Source of the DNA: Polyangiales bacterium
Lineage (GTDB): Bacteria; Myxococcota_A; Polyangia; Polyangiales; Polyangiaceae
Direction: 5' to 3'
Assembly: GCA_038230375.1 (NCBI GenBank)
Contig: JBBRNJ010000080.1
Span: 1-39,612 of the forward strand
DNA length: 39,612 bases
Under the pieces are notes generated by a model that did no database searches, was not told the origin of the DNA, and worked only from the letters and a program-made list of their open reading frames with translations. Positions 8,857-16,878 of this stretch are shown one piece after another; the stretch's first letter is position 1, and every line of letters begins with the position of its first letter. Position numbers and translations under genes: made by a program.

Positions 8857-9699
8857 TCAGGCCAGGAAGGCTCTCCGGCGCACGGTCTCTGGTAGATGCT
8901 CGGGTCGGAGCGCCTCGATGCGCGCGAGCGGCGCGGAGAAGCGCGCGCCCACTGCGGATACCTCGGGGATCGAGCCGGAGAGCCCGAACGCGATGATCGG
9001 GAGCAGCGCCTTGGCCTGCGCGAGACCCACGCTGCCCATGCACAGGCGCTGGAAGCTCACGTGACCCAGCTCGTCGATCAGGATCTCGATGAGCCGCTCT
9101 TCCACCGCGTCGCGCACCTCTGGAGCGTGCGCAAGAACGCGCCGCGCGACCTCCAGCAGCTCGAGGAACGTGAGCACGCCCATGATCTCGCCGGCAAGTG
9201 TGAGCGGTCGCGCGAGCGCCTGCGGGAGGTTCGCGATGCTCGCGATCAGCGCACGGAGCCCAAGGTCAGGTCTCGCAGGCGCGCCAACGTCGATGCCGTA
9301 GAGGCACGCCGCGCTGAGCAGGATCTTCGTGTGGTAGAACTCCTCGACCAGCAGGACGAGCTCCGTATCGTCATCGCTGCCCACGGCTGCTGCGAGCGCG
9401 GGTTCGATCGTCTGCTCGACGCCGTAGGACTCCGCCGCGTTCACCTTGACCAGGCTGAGGAGAAGGAGCTCCTCTGGGGACGTCGGCTTCCGTCGATCGA
9501 AGCGCGCATACTGGCTCGCGAACACGGCGCGATCGATCGCACGATCCCCGGGGACGAGGAAGCGGTCCATGTCCGCCTCCCGGCGCGACAGGGTACGTCT
9601 AGTGAGATCCACCTCGCCGTCGCGGGCGCGGAGGAAGCTCCGGTACTCGCGGCGCACCTCCGCGCGTGAATCCTTCGGCACTGCGGTGAACACTTCCAT
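8857..9699 (-). CDS. Ferritin-like (di-iron) protein
   Basis: AESYG ... EEFYH ... GEIMG ... DELGH ligand pattern; SD GGAGGT. Confidence 0.75.
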   Translation of the reverse strand: MEVFTAVPKDSRAEVRREYRSFLRARDGEVDLTRRTLSRREADMDRFLVPGDRAIDRAVFASQYARFDRRKPTSPEELLLLSLVKVNAAESYGVEQTIEPALAAAVGSDDDTELVLLVEEFYHTKILLSAACLYGIDVGAPARPDLGLRALIASIANLPQALARPLTLAGEIMGVLTFLELLEVARRVLAHAPEVRDAVEERLIEILIDELGHVSFQRLCMGSVGLAQAKALLPIIAFGLSGSIPEVSAVGARFSAPLARIEALRPEHLPETVRRRAFLA

Positions 9700-9729
9700 G
9701 TTGAACCTCCACCTCGCGTCGTACAGGAG

Positions 9730-9745
9730 TGCAATGCAGAGGCCA
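9730..9745 (-). promoter_or_regulatory. Putative sigma54 promoter
   Basis: Minus strand TGGCCT-ctgca-TTGCA (GG-N10-GC), about 30 nt upstream of ATG 9699, leaving room for the SD. Confidence 0.65.
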
Positions 9746-9859
9746 GGGCTGGCGAGTCACGATCGTGCGGGAAAATGGCCCTGGCGAGCGGCGCGCACCT
9801 CGCAGACGCCACGCTGGTTCGGTCTCACGAAGGAGACGCTTTCGGATCATCGCGGAGTC

Positions 9860-9878
9860 AGGGAAATTAAATTTCCCT
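9860..9878. promoter_or_regulatory. AT-rich perfect palindrome (operator/UAS candidate)
   Basis: AGGGAAATT-A-AATTTCCCT, 9-bp arms, in a divergent intergenic region. Confidence 0.5.
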
Positions 9879-9899
9879 CCCCGCTGATAGGATCGGCAC

Positions 9900-10907
9900 A
9901 TGCTCCACCGCATGCTCCGTGCACGCTTCCTCTTCGCGCTGGGCCTGGTCGCCTGTGACAGCAGGCCCCACTATCCGACCTGCGCTTCCGAAGCCGTGTG
10001 CATGCCCGCGCCCACGAGCGTGGAGGCCGGTGCGCCCGCGCCCTACGCCGCATGCGAGGCCACGCCGCAGACGGACAACGCGCACTTCATGACCTTCAAC
10101 CAGGTGAGCACGCAGGCCGCGCGCAAGTCCGACCCCACCGCGTGTTGCTACGACAAGGTGACGCCGTGCCCTGGCGGTCGCCCGCTCCGCGACGACACCG
10201 GACATGCGCTACTGGCCGACGTGGTGTCCCGCAACGACTGGCGCGCGGACGTCACGCTCGCGGCATCCTCGCGCCCGTCCGAGCTTCCCTTCGTGCTTCG
10301 CAAGGAGCTCGCGGAGGTGTGGGCGCGCGACGCACGCGCCGAGCACGCGTCGATCGCGGCCTTCGCGACGCTGGTGCTCGAGCTCCTTGCGCTCGGAGCT
10401 CCCGCGGCCCTCGTGATGGAGGCGCAGCGGGCTCTTGGGGACGAGATCGAGCACGCGCGCATCGCCTTTGCGCTCGCGTCCGCCTACGCGGGGACCGCGC
10501 TGGGACCGGGCCCACGGCCGCTCGCACGCGAGGACGCACCACGCCCCGCCTCGCTCGTCACTCTCGTCCGGGAGGCCGTGCTCGAGGGATGCGTCGGCGA
10601 GACGACAGCAGCGTGGTCATTGCACGCGCGCGCAAGAGACGCACAGGACATCCACATACGTGCACTATGCACCCAGATGGCCGAAGACGAAGAGCGACAC
10701 GCGCTCCTCGCGTTCCGGATCGTGGCGTGGGCAGTGACCGCCGGTGGCCCGGAGGTGGAGGCTGCCGTGTGGACCGCCCTTGCCGAAGCTCGACAGAAGC
10801 GCCCCGACGAGACCAACGACGAGACCGCTGCTCGGGCGCTGACCGTGGAGACGATCACCCGCGATTGTCTGACCGCGCAGCTCGCCGCGCCCCACGATCG
10901 GAACTGA
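9900..10907 (+). CDS. Ferritin-like domain lipoprotein (myxobacterial GRP type)
   Basis: Lipobox LVAC, Cys-rich N-domain, CPGGRPL motif, then AEHASIAAF ... DEIEHA ... EGCVGET ... DEERHA. Confidence 0.85.
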   Translation: MLHRMLRARFLFALGLVACDSRPHYPTCASEAVCMPAPTSVEAGAPAPYAACEATPQTDNAHFMTFNQVSTQAARKSDPTACCYDKVTPCPGGRPLRDDTGHALLADVVSRNDWRADVTLAASSRPSELPFVLRKELAEVWARDARAEHASIAAFATLVLELLALGAPAALVMEAQRALGDEIEHARIAFALASAYAGTALGPGPRPLAREDAPRPASLVTLVREAVLEGCVGETTAAWSLHARARDAQDIHIRALCTQMAEDEERHALLAFRIVAWAVTAGGPEVEAAVWTALAEARQKRPDETNDETAARALTVETITRDCLTAQLAAPHDRN

Positions 10908-10916
10908 CGCGGTTGC

Positions 10917-11384
10917 ATGACGGAACTCGTTCAGTTGCTCGACAAGGAGGCGCTCGACAGCGCCACGGGGAAGGCTGGCCGCGCGACCATTCGTGTCCCA
11001 GCGGCATGGCTCGCGCAAGGCGACACCATCGACTTCGTCGTTCCCGCTCTCCTCTCATGCGCGCGCTGCGAGGGTGGGGGCTGTGACCGCTGCGACCGGA
11101 GCGGCGGACTGCGGCTCGACGGGGACGAGACGGCGCGACGTGTACGGCTCGTGTTGCCGAAGCGCACGGACCCGGGCACGTTCGTGGTGAGGCTTGTCCG
11201 ACCGCTGGACGACAAGGGAGGGCTCGAACAGCTCGTCGTCGAGATCGGCACCAGCGAGGTCGCGACCGCTGGCTGCACGCGCGTGGAGACCGCGGTGGCG
11301 GCGCCCGCGGTGAACCGCATCGTGCTCATCGGTGTGGTGGTGCTCGCGATCCTGGCTGCCCTCGTCGCGGCAGTGCGGCATTGA
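10917..11384 (+). CDS. DnaJ-type Zn-finger fragment protein with C-terminal membrane anchor
   Basis: CARCEGGGCDRCDRSG (CxxCxGxG-like), beta-rich segment, C-terminal TM helix; no J-domain. Confidence 0.7.
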   Translation: MTELVQLLDKEALDSATGKAGRATIRVPAAWLAQGDTIDFVVPALLSCARCEGGGCDRCDRSGGLRLDGDETARRVRLVLPKRTDPGTFVVRLVRPLDDKGGLEQLVVEIGTSEVATAGCTRVETAVAAPAVNRIVLIGVVVLAILAALVAAVRH

Positions 11385-11388
11385 TCGA

Positions 11389-12468
11389 CTACTGGAGCGC
11401 GTTGATCTCTCGGTCGTCGGGCAGCAGCGACCTCGCCAGCGCCACGATCGCGGCGTGCGAAGGCCCGAAGTTCGTCCACTCCACGCTGGCCTTCGTTGCA
11501 GGGCGTGGACCCAGGCGTGTCATAAGCGCCCGCGTTCGGAAGAAGATGCGCTGGCAATGGAGGTCGAGCACAAGGTCCGTCACGACCTCGCTCGTGCCCG
11601 CCTCCCCCTCTCCATAGATCGTGACCGGCAGCGCGCGCGTGAGCTGCAAGCCCACGAGCTGCTCCATGACGCAACGGTTCATGATGGCATCGTCGAAGCC
11701 GTCCTCCTTCGTGAGCGCAGCGCGCAGCGTGTCGAGCGCGGCCGGGGATACGTCACGCGCGGTGCCCTGCTTCGTGAAGCCGAGCAACCTCCCCTCGATT
11801 GGCTCCGCCGCCATGTCCAGCTTCAGCGGCTGCGAGAGACGCACCGCGACCGCCTTCGTCAGCCCCTGCACCAACCGCGACCGAGCGAGCCGCGACGCCG
11901 TCAGCCTTGCCAACGAGAACACGGGCCCCACGAGCGAGACGTCACTGGCGCCGCACTCCGTCACGACGAAACGAAACTCACCGGGGCCCGCTGGCCCATC
12001 GTCCTTGCATGCCTTGTTGCATTGCGACGCGCACCGGAGGCCGGAAAACGGAGCGGGAAAGAAGGCCTGGCCTCCCGCGAGCTCCACGCAGCCGTCCGTG
12101 GGCGCGGCCTCCGCCGAGCACGTCTCCACCATGCGGTATCCGAGATCCCTGTCGACGCCCGGTTCCGCCTTCCAGGTTCCATCTGGCTGACGTCGCTCCA
12201 TCGCCACCGCCGACGACACGCGCACAGGATGCTTGGCGAGATTCAGGATGGCCATGCTGCCAGCGCCAAGGTCGAACGATTCAATCGGGAAGTCCGAGGT
12301 GTGCTTCGATGCGGCGCCTGGGTCAGTGCTCGCGTCGACCACGGCGGCGGTCCTCGCCGCGCTCGAGGTCGAAAGCGTCGCGGTCGCAGACGTCCCCGAC
12401 GCGCCCGGTTGACGCGAGCACGCGGCCAGCACGACTGTCGTCACGATCAGGGTGCCGAGGGTTCGCAT
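11389..12468 (-). CDS. Lipoprotein, unknown function
   Basis: MRTLG..VLAAC lipobox, Ser/Thr/Ala linker, Cys cluster CASQCNKAC. Confidence 0.75.
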   Translation of the reverse strand: MRTLGTLIVTTVVLAACSRQPGASGTSATATLSTSSAARTAAVVDASTDPGAASKHTSDFPIESFDLGAGSMAILNLAKHPVRVSSAVAMERRQPDGTWKAEPGVDRDLGYRMVETCSAEAAPTDGCVELAGGQAFFPAPFSGLRCASQCNKACKDDGPAGPGEFRFVVTECGASDVSLVGPVFSLARLTASRLARSRLVQGLTKAVAVRLSQPLKLDMAAEPIEGRLLGFTKQGTARDVSPAALDTLRAALTKEDGFDDAIMNRCVMEQLVGLQLTRALPVTIYGEGEAGTSEVVTDLVLDLHCQRIFFRTRALMTRLGPRPATKASVEWTNFGPSHAAIVALARSLLPDDREINALQ

Positions 12469-12571
12469 CCCACCATTGTGGACCACGCGAAGTGACAATG
12501 GCAGAGCGCAGTTTCGCACGCCCCTCCAGTCGGGTACGCTCTGCGGGTTCGAGAAACCACAAGGAGGGCAG

Positions 12572-13057
12572 ATGGAAGATCGAGTCGGCCAGAACAACCC
12601 GACGTCCAAGGACGTCCAGGCACTCATCGACGAGCTCCGCGCGCTGCGGAAGAAGACGGAGAAGTACACGGTCTCACTCACCACCGATGACCGTCGCTCG
12701 ATGGGCCGCCTTCGTCCGGGCGCGGAGGCGATCGTCGCGGCGCTCGGCACGCTCGCCGCGAAGCAGGAGCTGAAGCTCCCGAAGATCAGCCTGCAGGGAA
12801 TGAAGGACGACCTTGATCTGCAGGCGATTCTCACGCCGCTCCTCGCCGAGCTCCAGTCGCTCACGCAGCGAATCGAGGACACCGTCGTCGAGGCTCAGAC
12901 CGAGTGCTGGTGGGCCGCCACTGCCTACTACACGGCGCTGAACCGCATGTCCGCCGCCGATGCGGAGCTGGCCGACGCCCTCAAGCCCGCGACGGAGTTC
13001 TTTGCGACCGGCAAGCGCCGCGGCGTGCCGCTCGCACCCAAGGCACCAGTGACCTGA
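12572..13057 (+). CDS. All-helical hypothetical protein
   Basis: Strong SD AAGGAGGG, GC3-biased codons; its stop abuts the next start (TGA-TTG). Confidence 0.75.
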   Translation: MEDRVGQNNPTSKDVQALIDELRALRKKTEKYTVSLTTDDRRSMGRLRPGAEAIVAALGTLAAKQELKLPKISLQGMKDDLDLQAILTPLLAELQSLTQRIEDTVVEAQTECWWAATAYYTALNRMSAADAELADALKPATEFFATGKRRGVPLAPKAPVT

Positions 13058-14041
13058 TTGCGCATCTGCCTCCTGACCAACCAGGATCTGCTCGCGGTCC
13101 CATTCCCCGAGGACGACTGGCCGTGCGACCCGCGCCCGTTCTTGCCTGATGCGCACTGGGAGGTGGAGTGCCTGGAGAAGCCCACGTCGGTGGAACAGGT
13201 CACTCGGCGCATCGCGCAGGGCTTCGACGTGTTCTTCAATCTCTGCGATGGCGCTGCCGATCAAGACACGCCCGGGATCGAGGTCGTGCAGACGCTCGAG
13301 GCGCACGGCGTTGCCTTCACAGGCGGCACAAGCGAGTTCTACGAGCCCACGCGCGAACAGATGAAGGCAGCGTGCCGCGCGGAGGGGATCGCGACGCCGG
13401 CATATGTCTTCGCGCGCGACACCGCGGACGTCGAGCGCGCGGGCCGCGAGCTGCGCTTCCCGCTCATCGTCAAGCACCACAGCAGCTACTCGAGCGTGGA
13501 CCTGTCGCGCCGCTCGCGCGTGCTCTCACCCGCCGGCCTCGCGCAGCAGGCACGAAAGATCATGCGACGCCACGGCGCCGCCCTGATCGAGGAGTTCATC
13601 GAGGGCGACGAGTGCACGGTCCTGGTCGCGGAGAACCCCGACGACCCAGCCCATCCACGCACGTACGTTCCATTGCGCTACCGCTTCCCGGAGGGAGAGA
13701 CCTTCAAGCACGCACGCGTGAAGTGGGTCGACTACGACCAGATGTCGGCGCGTGAGGTGAACGAGCCAGCGCTCGACGCACGCCTACGCGATGTCTCCGC
13801 GCGCTTCTTCGTGGCGCTGCACGGCGCAAGCTTCGGCCGCTGCGACATCCGCGTGGATGGCAGCGGCACGCCGTACATGCTCGAGATCAACCCGAACTGC
13901 GGCGTGTTCTATCCGCCGACCGATCCAGGCAGCGCCGATCTCTGCCTTGCGCACGACCCCGAGGGCCACGTGGGATTCACGAGCCTCCTCGTGCGGGCCG
14001 CGCTCGCACGACACGAGCGACGCGCCACGAAGCCACGCTGA
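13058..14041 (+). CDS. D-Ala-D-Ala-ligase-like ATP-grasp enzyme
   Basis: FNLCDG, FTG, FPLIVK, LIEEFIEGDECTV, GRCDIRVD, YMLEINPN. Lacks the canonical Ddl N-terminal GGxSxE. Confidence 0.85.
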   Translation: MRICLLTNQDLLAVPFPEDDWPCDPRPFLPDAHWEVECLEKPTSVEQVTRRIAQGFDVFFNLCDGAADQDTPGIEVVQTLEAHGVAFTGGTSEFYEPTREQMKAACRAEGIATPAYVFARDTADVERAGRELRFPLIVKHHSSYSSVDLSRRSRVLSPAGLAQQARKIMRRHGAALIEEFIEGDECTVLVAENPDDPAHPRTYVPLRYRFPEGETFKHARVKWVDYDQMSAREVNEPALDARLRDVSARFFVALHGASFGRCDIRVDGSGTPYMLEINPNCGVFYPPTDPGSADLCLAHDPEGHVGFTSLLVRAALARHERRATKPR

Positions 14042-14063
14042 CCCACGCGCAGTGCCTGGTGTC

Positions 14064-14507
14064 TCAGCGAGTGGGCGACGACTGGTTGCTGAACGTCACC
14101 GGCACCCGGAGCATGCTGCCTGTGCCTCCAGGCGCTGGGAACGTCGCGGCGCGCACGACGCTCGAGAGGCATTCGACCAGGGCGGGTGACATGGAGGTCT
14201 TGTCCGGCGCGCTCACGTCGACGACATGTCCGTCGGCCGAGATGCGCGTCACGAGCGAGACCGAGCCCTCCGCCGCGGGGTCGGTGTTGAGCGCGGTCTG
14301 GTAGCACGCCTTGAACTTGGGTCGCAGCGTGGCGATCACCCGGTCGACGTCGCCGCTCGGCCCCATGGTCGCGCCGGGGCCCATTGACGGCTCCTGCGCC
14401 GCGGGCGCAGCAGCGACGGGCTCGGACGAAGACCGCGACAGCGACGCGTCGTGTTTGCTGCAGGCAGAGACCAGCGTGAACGCGAGCAAGAAGATGATGT
14501 AGCGCAT
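14064..14507 (-). CDS. Lipoprotein with AgmX/PglI (TonB-C-like) C-terminal domain
   Basis: VSAC lipobox; FKACYQTAL..DP...GSV.L...I..DG.V ... CL.......FPAPGG. Confidence 0.8.
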   Translation of the reverse strand: MRYIIFLLAFTLVSACSKHDASLSRSSSEPVAAAPAAQEPSMGPGATMGPSGDVDRVIATLRPKFKACYQTALNTDPAAEGSVSLVTRISADGHVVDVSAPDKTSMSPALVECLSSVVRAATFPAPGGTGSMLRVPVTFSNQSSPTR

Positions 14508-14563
14508 GGACCGCGGCAGTGTCGCCCGCGCGCCGTCGTCAATCAAGCTGCGCCACGCCGCCA

Positions 14564-15901
14564 CTACATCTTGAGGCCGGGAACCAGGCCTCCAGGCTTC
14601 AGGCTGCCACTGCTGATTCCACCAGAGGCTCCGGCTCCCCCGCCGGCGCCGTCGAGGTTCGCAGCGGCCGGCGCTTTCCAGCCGCCTGTCGCGAAGCCGT
14701 TGATGAACGCGTCAAGGACGTCGCCCTCGAAGCCGAGGACGTCTTGCGTTGCGGCGATGCTGCCGAGCAGGCCGACCGTGTGTACGGACCAGTTCTGCAG
14801 GCGAACCGTGGTCTGCGTCGTGAGATCGCCGATCGAGATCTTGCCCAGGTCGGACGGAGAGATCCCGTTGAGCGTCAGGCTCACGGTGCCGTCGTCGAAG
14901 GAGACGTCGGGCTTGAGGGCGTCGATGATCGGGCGATGCCCCGTCTGCTCCTGGATGATGTCGCACGCGTAGACGCCAGCCATCGTCTTCAGTGAGTCGG
15001 GGATGCCTCGCACTGCGAGCGGATACTTCACCGCCGCCGCGCCGTTCGAGATGCTCGCATCCTCCACCGCCTGGCGAAGGTTCACGAGCGCCGGCGCGAC
15101 GCGATCCTTCACGTCGGTGGGGACGTTGCCGGCGGACGTCTTCACTGCCGCGAGGAACTCCTTCGACATCGTCTTGACCTCGCCCTCGAGCGCGTCGCGG
15201 TCTTTTCCGAGCGAAGCGATCTTGTCCTTGTGGGTCTTCTTGTCGGCGTCGCCGAGGCCCTTTGCGTCGAGCGCTGCCTCCTCGGTCGCGACCTGCTTCT
15301 TGATCCCGCCGATCTCGCGGCGCTTGCCCATGACCGCTGCGTACTTGTCGCCAAGGCCGTCGTCGATCGTCGCGATCAGGCTTGATTTACGGCCTGTCGC
15401 GACGCTCGCAGCCGTGGGAGTCGCGGTCGGTGTCGCTGCGGTCTTCGCCGAAGACTTCTTGCCGCTCTTCGCATCGGCCGGCTTCGCGCCCTTCGCGCCC
15501 TTCGCTGGCGCCGCTGCCGTCTTGGTCGCGGGGGCCTCCGCCTTGACCTGCGCGAGCGACCTTGCCCAGACCTCGGCGGGGACCACGCGCGCGTGCGTGT
15601 CCTTGTAGAGCGTGAACTCCGCGAGCTCCTTCATCTGCTTCTGCGCGTCGTCAGGGGACGGGGCGGTCTCGGCCGGCCATGTTGCAGCGTCGGTCACGGG
15701 CGTCTGCGTCAGCAGGCGATCAACCTCCTTCGAGGTCGCCTCGGCGGCGTCCGCGCGTCGAACGACCACGGTCATCGGCGCCGGATCGTTGATCGCCCAT
15801 GCGATCTTCGGATTCGCAGCAGCCGACAACGCACCGCAGCCCGTACCGAGCGAGACGACCACGCCAACCGCCGCCAGCGTCAAGACCTTCTGCAACCACA
15901 T
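14564..15901 (-). CDS. Coiled-coil lipoprotein, unknown function
   Basis: SD GGAGGA, LGTGC lipobox, Ala/Lys-rich linker, heptad region. Confidence 0.8.
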   Translation of the reverse strand: MWLQKVLTLAAVGVVVSLGTGCGALSAAANPKIAWAINDPAPMTVVVRRADAAEATSKEVDRLLTQTPVTDAATWPAETAPSPDDAQKQMKELAEFTLYKDTHARVVPAEVWARSLAQVKAEAPATKTAAAPAKGAKGAKPADAKSGKKSSAKTAATPTATPTAASVATGRKSSLIATIDDGLGDKYAAVMGKRREIGGIKKQVATEEAALDAKGLGDADKKTHKDKIASLGKDRDALEGEVKTMSKEFLAAVKTSAGNVPTDVKDRVAPALVNLRQAVEDASISNGAAAVKYPLAVRGIPDSLKTMAGVYACDIIQEQTGHRPIIDALKPDVSFDDGTVSLTLNGISPSDLGKISIGDLTTQTTVRLQNWSVHTVGLLGSIAATQDVLGFEGDVLDAFINGFATGGWKAPAAANLDGAGGGAGASGGISSGSLKPGGLVPGLKM

Positions 15902-15934
15902 ATGTCCTCCGGTGGAACCCACGACTGCGCCCTG

Positions 15935-15950
15935 AGCAATTGCAGTGCCG
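15935..15950 (-). promoter_or_regulatory. Putative sigma54 promoter
   Basis: Minus strand CGGCAC-tgcaa-TTGCT, near consensus, about 34 nt upstream of ATG 15901. Confidence 0.7.
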
Positions 15951-16138
15951 CCGAGCACGCGCCCAGTACGCGACGGCCCCGCACCGAAATGAAGGGAAAT
16001 TCAGCACCCAACGTTCGCGACGCAGCGACGGCGTGTGGCACCCGCGCCGCGTTGCACGGAGCCAGGCCGTGGCTTGAAAGCCGCAAAGGGCTCTCACCCC
16101 GCCTTGCGTTGCCGTGGCTCGAGCGCGATGATCTTGCG

Positions 16139-16831
16139 GTGCCGGTCCTGAACTCTCGCGTTCGCCTCTCGCTGCTCGCCGTCCACGCCGTCGCGGTGTT
16201 GACCCTCGCGCGGAGCCTCGCCTACGAGCGGTGGATCACGGTCATCGCGGCGCTGGTTCTCATGGCGGGGGCGTACGTCGCGCAGCGCGGGAAGACCTGG
16301 GGCATCGGTGTCGCGTTCGGCGCTGCGGCTGCGTTCCCGGCTGCCTGGGCCATCGGGATCGCGCCCATGTGGTTCTGTCTCGTGGGCATGGTCGGGGCGC
16401 TGCCGTTCGCGTTGACATCGCGGGCCATCGCTCGGTTCGACGCCGCCGCAACGGCGGTTGGAGCGGCGCTCGCGGTGACGGTCGGAACGCTTTGCGCCGT
16501 CACATTCCGTGCGGCTGCGCCGTGGCTCTTCTCCGAATTTCCGTCGCTTCGGCCTGCCTGGCAAGCTTCGAGCGGTGGGCTCATCGCGGCGCTCGTGGTC
16601 CTCGGGGCGGGCGTGGCTGCAGCGCGCTGGCTGAAGCCGGTCCCCGCATCCTCCGTGACCCCCACGCTGCACGCCGCAATGCGCGTGGCGCCCGCCTCTG
16701 CCGACCAGAACGTGCATGACGAGGGAGACGTCGACCAGCATCTCGACCAGCATCTCGACCAGCATCTCGACCAGCATCTCGACCACGAGCCCGATCAGAC
16801 CAGCCGTCCGAGCGACGCAGCACGCCGATAG
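16139..16831 (+). CDS. Integral membrane protein (about 6 TM) with DQHL-repeat tail
   Basis: Consecutive hydrophobic helices; GTG start approximate. Confidence 0.7.
   Translation: MPVLNSRVRLSLLAVHAVAVLTLARSLAYERWITVIAALVLMAGAYVAQRGKTWGIGVAFGAAAAFPAAWAIGIAPMWFCLVGMVGALPFALTSRAIARFDAAATAVGAALAVTVGTLCAVTFRAAAPWLFSEFPSLRPAWQASSGGLIAALVVLGAGVAAARWLKPVPASSVTPTLHAAMRVAPASADQNVHDEGDVDQHLDQHLDQHLDQHLDHEPDQTSRPSDAARR
16731..16785 (+). repeat. 12-bp in-frame tandem repeat (TCGACCAGCATC) x4.6
   Basis: Four perfect copies plus 7 nt; encodes DQHL repeats. Confidence 0.95.
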
Positions 16832-16878
16832 TTGCCCCGTTTCGTTGCATTTCCGGCGATCCATGCTTGGTTGCCGGC

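Noticed and set aside
16036..16056. TGGCAC...TTGCA as a sigma54 promoter
   Set aside because: Spacer is 10 nt, not the required 5.
16731..16785. Tandem repeat as a CRISPR array
   Set aside because: 12-bp units with no spacers, in frame in a CDS; no cas genes.
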